DNA of 64,000 nucleotides from an uncultured Victivallales bacterium (lineage in GTDB: Bacteria; Verrucomicrobiota; Kiritimatiellia; UBA8416; CAYOBW01). Made by a program: the position numbers and the translations under genes. Below the pieces are notes generated by a model. It had not been told where the DNA came from. It saw only the letters and a list, made by a program, of their open reading frames with translations, and searched no databases. Location: positions 24,086-88,085 of the forward strand of contig CAYOBW010000003.1 in assembly GCA_964402115.1 (NCBI GenBank), given 5' to 3'. Positions 29,601-44,600 of the stretch are shown piece after piece. Position 1 is the stretch's first letter; each line of letters opens with the position of its first letter.

Positions 29601-32600
29601 GCCGGCGTCGGGCGTGAAGCGCACGAGACGACCGCCGTCCAGCAAATCCACGCGGCCGTGCTGCACGTTTGCGACGATGAAGCGCACGGCATCGCCATCG
29701 GCGTCGGTGGCGGTAGCGCTGAGGTCAACGGTTGTCGCGAAACCCGTATAGGCGTTGGCCGCCACCGGCGCTACAACAGGCGGCCGGTTCGCAACGAAGC
29801 CATAGCTGCTGTCGAGGTAGGCCCCGTCAGCGGCACCGACATGGCCGTCGCGATTGGCATCCGCCCCGACCACGTACCCGGCTTCGCCTGTGTTGGTCCC
29901 GACGGCCGCGACGAAGAGGGCTGCGTCATTCCCGTCCACGGCGCGATCGCCGTTCACGTCGCCAGCCAGGTACGCGCTCAGGCTGAACGTACCCGCGGTC
30001 GCGGCAGTCGCCCCGCTGACCGCGACGACGTAGGGCGCGCCGGCGGACAGGGTGTACAGCGCCAGCGCATCGCTTCCAGCGGCCCGCTGCTCACCAGCGG
30101 TCTGCCCGATCAGGCGCGGCGCCGCGGGGCTGAGTCCGCCCGCTCCGGACAGAGCGAAGCCGAGGGTGATGCGGCCCATGGCGGCGGTCCGCAGTTCGGG
30201 CGTGCCGAGCACGAAGGCATAGTAGCGGGTCTGGCCCGCGGCGAGCGTGCCGGTCACCGGCGTGCCCAGCGACTGGTGCAGGGAGCCGAGCACGGCGGTC
30301 ACCGCGCGGGTGGCCTGCCACTGTCCCTGCGCACCGTACTCGACCAACGCGCTGCTGCCGCTGCCCGTCGTGACCTGCGTCGTCAGGAGGTGGCCGCTGT
30401 AAGCGTACCAGGTATGCGCGCCAACGCCGCGCAGGTCGTCAACGGCCGCCAGGTTGCCGGCGGTATCGTAGCGGTAGCCGAGTTGTCCCACGCCCGGCAC
30501 GGTCACACCAGCCAGCCGACCCTCGCCGTCGAAGGAGAAACCGAGACGGTCGCCGTTCAGGGCCACCACACCGCTGTCGCTCCAGTAGAGCGACTGGCCC
30601 GCCGGGCCCACGCTCTGCGTCAGGCGCCCCCCGGCGTCGTAGATGTAGCGGCTGTTGTCGGGAGCCGTCAGGCTCACGGCAGCGGAGTCGAACCGCCCGC
30701 TGGTGGGATTGTACGGCAAGCCCGTACCGCGCTGGAAATAGGCGCCCTGGACCAGGTCGAGCAGGACCGCCGGGGTCTGCAGGGAGTAGTTCACGCCTGC
30801 CTCGGGCGTCCACTGCGGCCGGTAGTAGCTGCCGCCGGCTGTCGTCACCAGGACCGGTTCGAAAACGAAGGCGGCGCGGCGCCCGTCGGGCAGATTGATA
30901 TACAGCCGCGTCCCATCGCGGAAGGCATTGTAGATGCCGGCGTCTTCCGCCCCGGTGGGCGCAAGATTGGTCGTGATGAGCGGGTCGAGACCAGCGAGCT
31001 GCCACCCGTACCCCGCGTGGCCATCCAAGTTCCCCGCGACACTGTCGTACCGGCGGGTCAGGTTGATGGTCAGGCCGTTCAACACGGCTGTCACGTCGGT
31101 CACCGTGGTCGTGTAGGAGCCGCTCTTGGCAGCCGTGTAGACCTCGACCAACCGCGTCACCTCGGCGGTACGGCCGGAGACATCCGCCGCGCGCAGCCGC
31201 AGGAGGTAGGCGCCGTTCAGCCAGCGCTCGGGGTCAAGCGTGTAGAGCGTCGCGTTCAGCACCGGCGCCGTGCCGCGGGCCAGCTCGCTGTAGGTTTCGC
31301 TGCCGAGCAGCGCAAGTTCGAGCACATATTCGTCCAGGTTCGAGTCACTGACGTTGCCAATCACGGCCGTGGGATTGCGCACGACGGTCCCCTCGGGGGG
31401 CAGGCTGAGCACCACAACCGGCGCAGCCAGATCGCTGCCGTCGCGCACCTTAAGCACCGACGACGCCGTGCCGATGATGCCATCCACGTCCACGGCCTTC
31501 GCCGTCACCGCGTAGCGACCGGATGCGGCTGGAACGAAACGGGCGCGACCGAACGAGTCGAGCGAAAGCAACACGCCGTCCACCCGCACCTCGATGCTCG
31601 CCATGTCGGCCACCCCTTCGGCAACGGCGTGGATCAGGACAGGCTGGCCGGCGGCCACGGGGAAGCTGGGCGTGAACTCGATCAGCACATCGGGGAGTAT
31701 CGGCACGTGCGAAACGACCAGGCGCAGGCTGCCGAGGGTTGAGAGGTCCCCGTCGCTGAGCGTGAAGAGCACGCTGTGTTCGCCCAGTTGCGTGGCCGAC
31801 GGCGTCCAGCGGAACTCGCCGGTCGCGGCGTTCAGCGTGGCGCCCAGGGGCAGCGCCCGCGCCTGGAACTGCAGGACGGCACCTGCGTCCGGGTCACTGC
31901 CCGGGATCGTCATCACGAACGCCTGCCCGACCAGCGCCACGTGGCCGCTCATCGGCGCCAGACCGGGCGGACGATTGACGTTCAGCACCTGGATCTGCGT
32001 GCTCATTGTGTCGGTCAGGCCGCCCGGATCGACCGCCTTGAACGTGACCGTATGGACACCGGCCTGGTCGTAGCCCGGCGTCCAGGTGAAGTACTGCGTG
32101 GCCAGATCGTACTTCGCCCCCGTCGGCAGCACGCCATCCACCGTCACGGAGATCGGGTCGAGGTCGAAGTCGCCAACCTGCACCGTGAACGCAAGATCAA
32201 GCCCCTCCTGGGTGAGATAGCCGGGGAGCGGCACAAGGACGGGAGCCTGGTTGACGTTTGCCACGGTGATCAGCACGGTCTCGCTGCTGGTGCCGGCGCC
32301 GTCGGATACGGCAAAGCGTACCGAGTAGCGCCCGGCCTGGTAGAGATCAGGGGTCCACGTGAATACGCCGGTCGTCGGGTTGAGGCGGGCGCCCGTCGGC
32401 AGCCCGTCGGCGGTATAGGTAAGCGGATCGCCGTCCGATTCGATGGTCGAGAGGTTGATGGTCAGCTGGCTGTTCTCAAGCACCGAGGCGCCACCCACCG
32501 GCATCAGCATGGGCGCGGCGTTGGCGGCCCTGACATCGAACACGACGCTCTGCGCCGCAAACAGCGCGTTCGCCGGGGTACCGTTACCGCCATCTGTCAC

Positions 32601-35600
32601 CCGCAGCGTGGCGGTCGGCTTGCCGCCATCGCCCGCCGCTGGCGTCCAGCGGAAGCGAGCAACGCCGTAGAATGCGGTCGCCTCGAGCGTTGCCCCGGCA
32701 GGGAGCCCGGTGACCGAGTAGGTCAGCGGCTCGTTGTCCTGGTCGGAGACACGCACGTCGAACACCAATTCCGTGCCGATCACGGCCACCTTCGGCCCGA
32801 CGTACTCCATGACCGGAGCGCAGTTGGGCACGTTCACCGTCAGCACGAACTGCCCCGCGCCGCTCAGTACGGCCGCCGGATCGCCGTTCCCATTGTCCGT
32901 GGCCCTGATCGTGATGCTGTAGTTGCCGCGCTGCGTCAGCGTCGGCGCAACATGAATGACCCCCGTCCCGTTGCCGTTGTCGGTCAGCGTGGCGAAGGGC
33001 GGCAACCCGGTCTGAGTGAGGCGGAGCGTTGTACCGGTCGCGTCGTCGGCGTCGTGAGCGGTCACGGGGATGTCCAGCGTCGCGCCGCCGTTGACCGTTT
33101 GGTTCGCGATGGGGTCTACGACCGGCGCCGCATTGGCATCCTTCACTTCGATGCGGAGGTTCAGCGTCGCGCTGGTGGGCGTACCGGTGCCATCGCCGTC
33201 GTCGGTCGCCGTGAAGGCCAGGTCATAGATGCCGGCCTGCGTGAAGCCCGGGGTCCACTCGAACCACAGCTTGGCAGTCGAGAACGTCGCCCCGGCAGGC
33301 AGAGCGTTATGGGTGACCATCAGGTAGTCCTGGTCCGTGTCGGTGGGATCTTCGATCTGGAAGTCCGGGTGCTCGGGGTCATGGGCCGGGATGCGCACGG
33401 CCATGGCCTGACCTTCGTAGATGACCACGTAGCTCAGTTCGTCCATGTAGACCGGTCCGTTGACGTTGAGCACGTTGACGTGGAGCGTCTGCGCCACGGC
33501 CTCGCCGCCGGCGTCCCTGGCGAAGATCTGGATATCGTAGCCGCCATGCTGGTTGTAGCCAGGAATCCAAGAAAGCAGTCCGGTGACAGGATGCAGCAGA
33601 GCGCCCGGCGGCAGCAAAGGTGCGTAGAACTGGACGGCGTCGCCGTCGGGGTCGGCGCCGTTCAGGTTCACGGTCAGCGTATCGCCCTCGCGCACCGTGC
33701 GGGCGGTCAGGGTGTCAAGCGTCGGCGGCCGATTAACGTCAGCGATGACAATGCTGAACGTGGTCGTCGTGATGGCAAGCCCGTCGGTGACGGCCACGGT
33801 CACATCGGAGTAGCGACCTGCGTCAGAGCTGCCCGGCAACCAAGTCAGCACGTTGGTCGTAGCGTCGAAGATCGCACCGGGCGGCAGGTGGTCGAGCCAG
33901 TAGACCAGCGAGTCGCCATCGGAATCGTAGGCGCCAATCTGAACCGTCACCCGCGTTCCCTCCTGGCCCTGCTGGTCGGCGACAGGCAGCACGACCGGCG
34001 GCGTGTTGACGCCGGTGACCGTCACGTTCCACTTCTGGTCGGCGTAGCCGCCGCGTGCATCGTAGGCCCGCACCTGGAAGGCGGTAACCGGCGCGGCGCC
34101 ACGTGTGGGAGTCCAGTCGAGCCGCCCGGTCGCTGCATTGAGCGTGGCGCCGGCGGGCCCGCGTACGAGCAGGTAGGTTATGCCGGCGCCGTCGGGGTCG
34201 GCAGCCACGACGTCGTAGCGGTAGGGCTGACCCACGACGGCGGTCGTGCCGGCAGCCGAACTGACCGCAGGCCACTGGTTCGGGGCCACACCCGCCAGCA
34301 CCTTCGCCTGCAGGTCGAGGGGCGCCGCAGCGGGGTTGTGAATCGTCAGCAGGCGCACCGTGGTGGAGGCGCCCGGAGCCAGCGACGAGCCAGCGGTGGC
34401 CAGCAGATCCACGTAGGGATGGCCATCGTTCGTATACCCGTCACGGTTGAGCAGCGTGATGCCGCTGTCGGTCAGCCCTTCGAGCACGAGGCGCAGCGGC
34501 GCACCCAGGGTCTCCGTGCCCGTGTTCCGCACGACGACATCCATGGAGACCGTGCCATCGTGGCGGTTCAAGCGCGTGTTCGTGAAGCTCGGCTGCGCCG
34601 TGGCGGTGACGTCCGTCAGGATCGTGAACGCCATGATGTACGGATCCTTCATGGCCAGCCCGCTCGTGGAACGTAGCGTATTCTTCAGCGTGATCTGGTA
34701 GGCGTCGACCGGCAGCGCCTCGAATTCCAGGCGGACCGTCCGCGTGTCGGTGTTGTACGTGGCTGAACCCAGGCTCAGCTCGATGCCGTTGCCGACATTG
34801 ACGAGTTGGTAGTTCGCAAGGTCGGTGACCGAACTGCCGAGCATGTCCGTGTCGAACGTAATCAGGGCGGTGTTAATGCTGGCGGTGTTGTTGGAGCCGT
34901 TGACCGGAGTCGAAGCCAGCACGCGCGGCGCCGCGACCAGGAAGAGCACGTCGAGCTGACCGGACTGGGACACGTAGACGCGGTTGTTCGGCCCGACGTG
35001 GATGAACTCGCCGTGCGTGCCGCCCGTGGCGATACTGACCTGCTTCAGTGTGGCCATGTCCACCAGCGTCATTGTGCCGCCGGCGTGATTGATGAAGAGC
35101 AGCCCCGCGAGGGCGCTGCCGTTGACGCCAAAGGCGAGGCCCGTGGCCGGGTTCGTCGACTTGAGCACGGTCTCGGCATTGCCGCGGCTGTCGAAGCGGA
35201 TCACGTCACCGTCCTCGGGCCAAGACGTGGCATAGAGCGTGTTGTCGGGAGCGAAAGCGAGCGAGTGAACGCGTTTCGAGGAGAAGCTCCGGAATCCGCC
35301 GGTCGCCGGATCGAAGACCTCAATGCCGCGCTCGGTGGAAAGATAGAGCTTGCCCGTTTGCGGATGGATCGCCAACCCCAGTCCGATGCCGTCGTTGTAG
35401 CGGGCGAGAATCTGGCCCGACACCGGATCGAGTCGCAGCAGCGGTCCGCCGCCGCTGGTCGCCCAGAGCCGTCCGGCGGAATCGAATGCCATGTCGTAGA
35501 TCGGCACATCGAGCGTCGCCAGCGGCGCGCCCACGCTCCCGCCGGCCACGGACAGCGCCCATAGCTTGTTGCGCCCCTCGCCGCCGCTGACAAGGATGCG

Positions 35601-38600
35601 GCCATCCGGCGCAAAGGCCACGCTCAGCGCCCCGATGCCCGCACCCGAACCCGGCATGGAGCGGGCGAACCCCTCCAGCATGAACGGCTCGTAGATGGTC
35701 GTGAACGACGACGGTTTCAGCGTCTGCTGCCCGGCCGGGATGCGCTGTTGGGCCTGCAGGAACAAGACATTCGTAACGGGCACCGCCGGCGGGGTCACCA
35801 CAACCGTGCGTGTCGGTTGGGTCAGTTGCGCGGCGGTTGGCAGGCCCCCCAGATTGATGCCGGGGTTGTAAGGCGGGAGCACGACTCCGTCGGGCACGGT
35901 CTCGACGTTGCCGGCGTGATCGGCTGAGAGCACGATGAACGCAGCCGTCGTCCCTACGCCACCGTCGTAGACCCACGCGGTCGCGCTCGTGCGCCGCTTC
36001 CAAGCCACCCACGCGCCGCCATCTTCCGAAACGTAGATCGTGGAATCCTCGACGCCCGAGCCGTCACGGTCGTCTGCGGCGGTGAAGCTGATGGCATACG
36101 CGCCCTTGCCCAGGTCCTTCACGGTGGTGACGGTGGTCGGACCGTATGCATCCAGCGTCGCCATGTGGATGTTCGTGTCAAGCGGCGCGTTGCCGTCGTA
36201 GAACACGCGGGCTACGGAAGTCAAGGTCGTGCCGGTCTTGATCTCCTTGTCGAGTGTGTAGGTCGGATAGGGCCGGATCGTGTAGCTCACCACGCCACCC
36301 TGCGCGCGATCCGTGTTCGGCAGCAGCAACCCCTTGGCGTCGTCGGTGATGGGCAACCCTGTCTCTGGGTCGAGGGCGGTGAAGACCCACTGGGCAATCC
36401 CCGTGACCACGTCCACGCCCGCCGTGACACGCACCACGATGCCGCGCTCGGCCGTAAAGTCGAAGTCCCCCGTGAACGAACCACGGTCCGAGGGCAGGTG
36501 AATCTGGATGTCGCCAAGCACCATGTCGCCGAGCGTGAAGCTACGAACGTCGAGCTCGGGGTCGAGTTCCTGCATGATGCGGATGGACTTAATGGCCTTC
36601 TCGGCCGCTGCCGGGTTCTCGAACTTGATGCTGTACGGCAGGGCCGTGTTGTTGGGCACGTGGTTCGTTGTGCCATACCCGGTGGGACCGACCAATTTGA
36701 CGGCATCGGAGCGGGTGCCGGTCAAACCGAAGTAGTCCTTCAGACGAGGATCCTGAACGGTGATTTCCTGGGTATCGCCCTCGCCCACCTGCACCCAGAA
36801 CGCTTCGAAGTGCGTCTCGTGGGTCAGTCCCATCTCGAACAGCGCCGCATCGGGCAGGTCGGCGCCCGCGTAGGTCGCGGCCGGCCGGTCGCCGTACCAG
36901 GCGCGAACCTTGGCGAAGAACTCAACCAGGTTCCCGGACGCCAGGATTTCGCCGTTCACGTCCTCGCCCAGCAAGCCCGCCGTGATGACCGAGATCAGGC
37001 TGGAGGTCGGCGGCAGCAGGTTGATCTCGGGCGGTTCGTCTTCCGGGCGAAGCTGCCCGGCGTCCTGCAGGCTCTTCAGGTAGAGATTGACCCAGTCGTT
37101 CTCGTTTGCCGCGGCAACAACCAGCGCATGGGGCGCCGCGGTGTCGGCCAGGATGGCATTCCGCAGATCCTTGGCCACCTGCGTCTGGTAGGCGAGATAC
37201 TCCTGCGTGGTCATCGGCGTCGCGGCGGCGGCAATCCAGAACTTGTAGTTCGTGGGGTTGTAGTACATGTCGCGCGCAGGATCTTCCTTCAGCTTGGCCA
37301 GCGCCTTGGGATCCTTCTTGAGGACGTCGCGCATCTCGGGAAAGACATCGGCTGTAAAGGTGAGCCCCATGAAGCCGCGGTTCACGAAGTCGAACGTGAA
37401 GCCCGGAGCCATGAGCCGCCCGTCCAGATTCAAGATGGAATCAAGCTCGGCCCACGGCACATCGGTCACGTCTGGCGCCCCGCTCAGGTTCGTGCGGAAG
37501 ACCAGCGGATCGTCACCCACCGGGAAGATGTAGCCGGCCGCATCGTCATCCAACTGCCCGTGGACATAATCGTACCACTCGCTGAACTGCGACATGTTCG
37601 GCATGCCGAATTCGAAGTGGACGTAAGGCGCGTCCACATTGGTCGTGCTGTACACTCCGAAGCCATACCAGCCCACATCGCCATACTCGAGTTGCGAGGG
37701 GCCGCCCATGCCGACAGTCAGGCTCAGCGGCTGGGCTTCGTCGATCTGGTAGCGGTACGGGACCACCGCGACCTGCCCGTCGGGGTTTGTGACGCGGACG
37801 TCGTACAGCCCGTGCGGCGCGTCACGCAGATCGAACGTCGCCACGATGCGCGTGGCGTTGACGACCCGATAGTTGACGGGTTCGTACTCGGCCATCTGCG
37901 GGCGGATCAGCTTCACGATGGCGCTGGACGAGAAACGGGCGCCACGCACGTCCATGGTGACGTAACGGGAGTCGCCGCCGTTGTCCGGGGTCACATCGGT
38001 GATGCCGAACGGCATCAGACGCGCCGACAGTGTTACGGGCGTATCCTTGGGCGAGCTGACGCTGCGCACGAAGATGAAGTAGCGCCCCGCTTGCGTCAGG
38101 GGCACGCGCGCATCCTGGTCGCTCCAGAGGTGCCCTTCGAAAGCCGCATCGTAGTGCAGCGTGCTGGGTAGGCCCTCGAACCTGACGTAAAGTTCATTGG
38201 CGGCGCTCTTGTCCTGGGAGACCAGGCTGACTTCCAGTGTCTCCCCCGCCGGCACCGTGATCATGTACAGGAGTTCCGCGCCGCCGGTCAGCGTGTCCGT
38301 GGCCGGCACATCGAGCTGCAGCGTCTTCACCGAGACGTTGAACGTGTCCGCGCTGGCCAGCTTGTTGTTCGCGTTGTTGGAACCCTCGTTGATGTCGTCA
38401 AAGATGTCCGTGCGCACGATGACGCGATAGTTGCCCGGCAGAACCGTCGGCAGGGTGGCGGTCAGCGTGCCCTCATAGGACTGTCCGGGCAGCAGTGAGC
38501 GGAAGATCGGTCGCGGCTTGCCGTGCTCGTCGAGTTGCGTCTCCACGCGCCCCAGCAGCTTGTCGCCCAGGTCCCACACGGCGTCAGCCGACACGTAGAG

Positions 38601-41600
38601 CGCGTCGGCCCAGTAGCCTTCGGCTTTCTCGGTGGCATGCACGTTCTTCACCGTGTAGCTGACGGTGACGGGCTGGCTGACGGCAGCCGTGGCGGGCACG
38701 CTGATGGTCTGAACCACGAGGTCGGTCGGCGGGGACGGATCGATGAGCATGGGCTGAGCACTGGGGCCCGCGTTGTTGCCCTCGTTGGCGCCTTCGTACA
38801 CCACCCCGCGCGGCCGGTTCGGGCTGGGCACGTCGGTCAGCACGAAGACGTAGTAGCCGCCGAGGATGCCGCGCGGCACGGCGTAGTTCACGGTGACCGA
38901 GTACGACGCATCGCGCGCCAGGGCGCCCGTATGGTCCAGTTGACCCAGGAAGTAATCGCTGTTCACGTCCAGGTATTGGTCCCGAGAAAGGAACAGGTAA
39001 TCGGTCCAGGTGTTCTGCCTGTCCGGAATCGGGCCGGGGCCCATGTTGGTGACGGTGTAAGTCACGTCAAAGCGCCTGCCGCTGATGGCGTGGTCGGGGC
39101 GCACCACGCTGGTCACCCGCAGGTCGGGCGACGCCACGCGGGTCACGTGCACCGGATTGCGGATGATGTTGTTTGCCTCATCCTGGAACTCCTTGACGTT
39201 ACCCATTTGGGCCCAGGCGTTCGGAGGCCCCTCGAGACGCTGCTGCCCGGTTGCCGCCGGGTAAGGTAGCGCGTAACCGATGTACCAGGACTGGCCAAAG
39301 GGCGAATCGATGTAGACGAGCACCTGGAAATCGCCCTCGATGTCGTCCGGCAGGCGTACCGTGGTGTTTACCGTGTAGCTCTCATTGGCCTGAAGCACGC
39401 CCGTGTGCCGGCTGTCACCGATCAGCAGGTCGTAGAGGTCCAGCGAACCATCCTGCGAGATGTAGACGCGGTCGTACCAGTAATCCGTGCGGGTGGCGCG
39501 CGTGCCGATGTTCGTCACGGTCCACTGAATATCAATCGTCTGGCCGGAGTCGGCTGCGGTCGGAATCGTGATGCTCGTGACCTTGAGATCCGGCTCGCGA
39601 TAGGTGACATCGAGCGTCGTGGATGCCGCGTTGTTCAGTTTCCGGTCGGCGGCGCCCTCCCAGACGCGCCCGCGGAAGTCCTTGGGCCAGTCCGGGAATT
39701 CGCCGGCGCCAACCGCATCGATGCCGCCATAGTGATACTCGACGTCCGGATTGCGATCCGTGAACACGTACACGTAGCGCCGCCCGGCGCTGCCGGCCGG
39801 GAGTTCGACGTCGAGCGTCGCGTCGTAGCTCGCGTTAGCCGCCAGGCCGTCGGTGTTCGCATGCACGACCGAACCGACGAACGTGGCACGCGTGAAGAGG
39901 AACGTCGGGTCGGGTGAGAAGTAGACGTAATCCGTCCAGCGCTCCGTGCCGCTCCACACAGCGGCCGGTCCCTGGTTGGTCACGGTCCAACCAACCGTGA
40001 TCTTCTCGCCGGTGTAGGCCGTCGCGGGCACGGTGATCGACGTTACCGCCAGGTTCGACGCTTGGTTGCTCACGATGCACGGCGCCGGGCGCTGGTTGTT
40101 GCGGGCGAACGGCCCTTCCCACACCTTGGCGACGACCTTGGTGCCCCACAGGATGTACTTGAGGTCGCCGAAACTCAGGTCTTTGACCTTGGCCATGATC
40201 TCGCTCTCGCTCATGGCCGTCACATCGCCGATCTTCTCCTGGATGCGGCCGGACAGCTGGGCCATCTCCGCCAGCAGCAGATCCTCTTCGGTCAGAATGC
40301 TCTGCGGGTCGACGTTGGTCTCGACGATGATGAACGCCCCATCCGCACTGGGCGGAAGCGTGAAGGTAGCGGTCTGCGCGTACTGCTCGCCCCGTTCCAG
40401 TTTACCCTCGTGGAGCAGGCCGAATACCATCCACTGCTGCCCCTTGTTGTCGTACAGGTCGTTGTCCGTCGAGACGTAGACCGCATCGGCCCAGCGGTCG
40501 AGGTCGGTGACGTTCGAGCCATTGTTCTTAACCGTCCAGGAGACGGTGGTCTTGCTGCCGCCCAGGGCCGTGGCTGGAGCCGTGACAGCAATGACCTCGA
40601 GGTCCGCAGGTGGCGTGTAGATCACGGTCAGGGGCGTGCCGGCCGTCTTGTAGTTGTTGTTGTCGAGTTGCGTCGGGTCGTCAGGGTTGATGTTGATGTC
40701 GAAGGTCAACTCATACACACCCCCGTTGACATCCGTGTAGACCATGAGCTGGTACTCGCCGGTGATATGCTTGGGAATCTCGCCCGTGATCGTGCCCTCG
40801 TAGAACTCGCCCACCTCCAACGCTCCGGTGTGCCACGTCGAACCGATGTAGAAGTCACCGCGCGCCGGGTTCGGCTTCTGGGCATTGACGGCCAGCCACA
40901 GGCCATCCGTCCAGCTGGCCGGGTAAGTGATCCCGGCTCCGCGGTTGGTGACCTTGTACCGCACCGAGATGGTCGTGCCGTCAAAGGCATCCGTGGGACC
41001 ATACACATCGGAGACAACCAAGTCGGGCGGCGGCACCGGCGTAACGTCCACGGCGAGCTGCTGTGCCTTGGCATTGTTGCCTTCGCCCGGGAACTCATCA
41101 ACCGACCCCGACGCGTCGACGACCGCCAGGATGTACATGTTGCCGCCCGCCTCGGCGGGCAGCCGGTAGTTGCCGCGCGAGGTGTACTGTTCGCCGGGAC
41201 CCAGAGCGGATCCGTTCGGCACCCAGGCCAACAACCGGTCTCCGCCGTCCCACTTATTGTCGAGCGAGAGGTAGACGCCATCGTACCAGCGACTGCCACC
41301 CGTGGGGGTCGCGGTGACGCTCTGGTTGATGACCGTCCACTCCACGTCCACGACCGCGCCCGCCGTAACCTGGGCCGGGATGCTGAGGACGTTGACCCGC
41401 AGGTCGGGGCGGGGCGTGAGTTCAATCGTGACCGTGGAACCGACGTTCGGAGCGTTGTTGGCGCGATTTGGATCGTTGAGTTCCGTCGTGTAGTCCGTCG
41501 TCACGTACACCTCGAAGACGCCCGAAACGTGCAGCGGGAGGCGGAAATTCTCCGTGCGGGTGTAAGTGAGGCCAGCCGCGAGATCCTGCGAGACCGTGAA

Positions 41601-44600
41601 GCTTCCGATACGTGTCGCCTGGGCGCGGTTGCCGCTCGGCGCAATGTAGATCGCATCGGTCCAGCCACCCGCGGCCAGATCCGGTCCCTCGTTGCGCACC
41701 GTCCACGTGATGTCGAGCGCCTCACCGTCCTTGGCGTGTCCGCTGGCCGTGACATAAGTGTCACCGCTGCCCTGCATCCGCACATCCGTCACGCGGAGGT
41801 CTGCAGCGGGCGGAGCCGTATAGCGGACGCTGATGGCGTTCGAGCGGGTGCGGTTGTTCGTGTCGTAGATGAACTCATAGACGTTGTCCGCTCCGTTGGC
41901 TACCACGAACAGGTAGACGTTGCCGTTGGCAGCCGTAGGCAGCGTGACTTCAGCCGTCCGGGTGTACGAGGCGCCCAGCGCCAGGTGACCGACACGGCTG
42001 AAGCGCTGCAGGTGCGTCATGCCCGTCTGCCCGGTTGCATCGGTGCTCAGGTAGACGTCGTCGTACCACTCGGGCGTGGAGGTCTGCCCGATCCCGTTGG
42101 GATCCGCGTTGGTCACGGTCCAGCTCAGCGTCAGCGTCTGCCCGTTGTCGCCCGTGGCGGGTGTATCCACCGAGTTGACCACGAGATCCGCATACGGCTG
42201 CGGTACGATGTCCACGATGTGACCCGGCGTGGCTGAGTTGGCGCCGGTGTTCGTGTGTTCGTAGACGGCATCGAGCGCGTCGGTGACCACAAACAGGGTG
42301 AAGTGTCCTTCCGTCGCAGCGGGCAGTTGAATGGTGTACACACTCGTGTAGAAGGTGCCGGCCGGCATGAGGCCGACGTGCGTGAAGGATCCCACGATGC
42401 GGTCATCGCCATCGCCCAGCACCGTGTTGGGCGACAACACGACGCGGTCCACCCACGTGTCCACCGGCCCCGTACCCGTGCCCTGGTTCGTGATGGTCCA
42501 CGAAACAGGCAGGTCCGCAGGGTCGCTGACGATGCGCGATGGAGCCGTAACGCCGCTGACGGCGAGGTCCGCGTAGGGGGCGAGGGTCACAGCCATGACC
42601 AGCGACGCGCCCACGTTGTTGGATTCGCCCGCCGAGCCTTCGACGACCTCACCCGCGGCGTCGGCCTGCACGAGCAGATAGTAATCTCCCGCGATCCCGT
42701 TCGGGAGGGTCGCCACGAGCGTGCCTGCATACGGACCCCCAGCGCCCACAACACCTGTGTGCGCAACAGCGCCGAGGAGCGTGTCCGCGCCGTCCAGCGT
42801 CGAATCGTTCGAAAGGTAGACGCGGTCCGTCCACTGGCCGCCCGTGGATCCGGTACCGTTGTTCTGCGTGGTCCAATTGACCGTCACGGCGGTGCCGGAC
42901 AGGGCGCTGGGCGCGCCGAGCACACTAACCACCTGCAGGTCGGGATGGGCCAGCGCGTAGGCGGCGGAGGCAGTTGCATTGTTGCCCTCACCCGCCCGCT
43001 CGTACACGGCCGCGCCGGCATCCGCGACGACAACCCAGTAGTACGTGCCATCGGGACGCACGGGTACGGTCACCGTTTCCGTCCGGTCGTACGAAGCATT
43101 GAGCGCCAACCCGCCGGTGTGCGTGTAGTTGCCGACCCAGACCGCGCCGGCTACGAGCCCGTCGCTCGACAGGTACAAGGTGTCCGTCCAGTCGCCAACA
43201 GCCGCAGCGGCGCCGGTGTTCTTCACGCTCCACGTGACCTGGACGGGCTGCCCGATGATCGGCGGCGTGAGCCCCTGCACGGCGGTCACGCCCAAGTCCG
43301 GCACATCCGCCAGGGCTACCGTGACGCTGCCCAGGCTGCGCACGCTGTTGTCGTTCTCCGCTCCCGGCTCAACCAGCTGTCCGTACACGTCGGTGTAGAC
43401 AAACAGCCAGTAGGTCCCCGCGGTCAGGTCTTCGGGCAGCCGCACGCCCTGCGACTGGCCGTAACTGCCGTCGGCCTGGAGCGCCCCGCGATGTTCGAAC
43501 TGACCGAGCTGACGGTCGGTGTTCGTCTCCAGCGTCTCGTCGGCTGACAGGTAGACGCGATCCCACCAGGTTGAGCCCTGGGTGACGGCGGTGCCGTGGT
43601 TGGTCACGCGCCAGACGGCGGTCACCGTCTCTCCGGTCACCGCGTTCGCCGGCACGGTCAGGACATCAACCTTCAGGTTGGCGGGCGGATCGGCGTAGGC
43701 GATGTCGAGTCGGTTGTCGTGGGCATCATCCACCTTTACGAAATCGGCTGCATTGTTGGATTCGTTGCTCTCAGGCACCTGGCTGTAGGCGTCGACCCGG
43801 ATGTAGATATTGTACTTGCCGGTTACCCCCCAGGGAATCGTGCCGCTGAAACTGCGGTCGAGTGTGGCGCCGGCTGCCAGCGCCGCGGTCTGCGTAGCCG
43901 AGCCGATGAGAATGTCATCGTAATTGCCGATGTAAGTATCCGAGGAGAGCACCACGCGCTCGGTCCACTGCCGGTCAACGGCGGCGCCACCGAGATTGGT
44001 GACGGTGTAGGTCACGGTTATCGTTGAACCGCTGGTAGCGACGAGCGGGGCCACGGCGGCGCTGACGGCAAGGTCCGGCGCGCTCAGGTTGACCGACTGG
44101 TCGAGCAGATTGTTCGTTTCGTCGCTCTCCGGTTGCGCGCCGTACCGGTCCGTGACGATGAGAATGTGCCGTACGCCGGTCAGACCGCCGGGCAGGGTAA
44201 GCGTCTGCGTGACGGCGTAGGACGCGCCGCCAGCCAGGGCGGTCGAGCGCGAGACATTCGCCAGCAGGGTGTCGTTCGCGTCCACGACGCCGTCGGTTGA
44301 AAGATAGACGCCGTCCCACCAGCCTGTCGTGGCGTCGCCGGCGCCGGCTGCGTTCATGACCGTCCAGGTTACGGCAAGCGTGTTACCGGACACCCCGGCA
44401 GCCGGTACGGTCGTGTTCGCGGGATCGATTCGCAGATCGGCTGCGGTCACGGTGATAGCGCGCACCAGGAGATTGTTGGTTTCCGTCATCTCGGACTGGT
44501 AGTTGTAGACATCGGTCTTGACGATCAGGAAGCGCGCGCCAACCGCCACGCTCGCGGGGATCACGACCCCGGAGGCGCCGGTTCGCGAGACGGTATAGCC

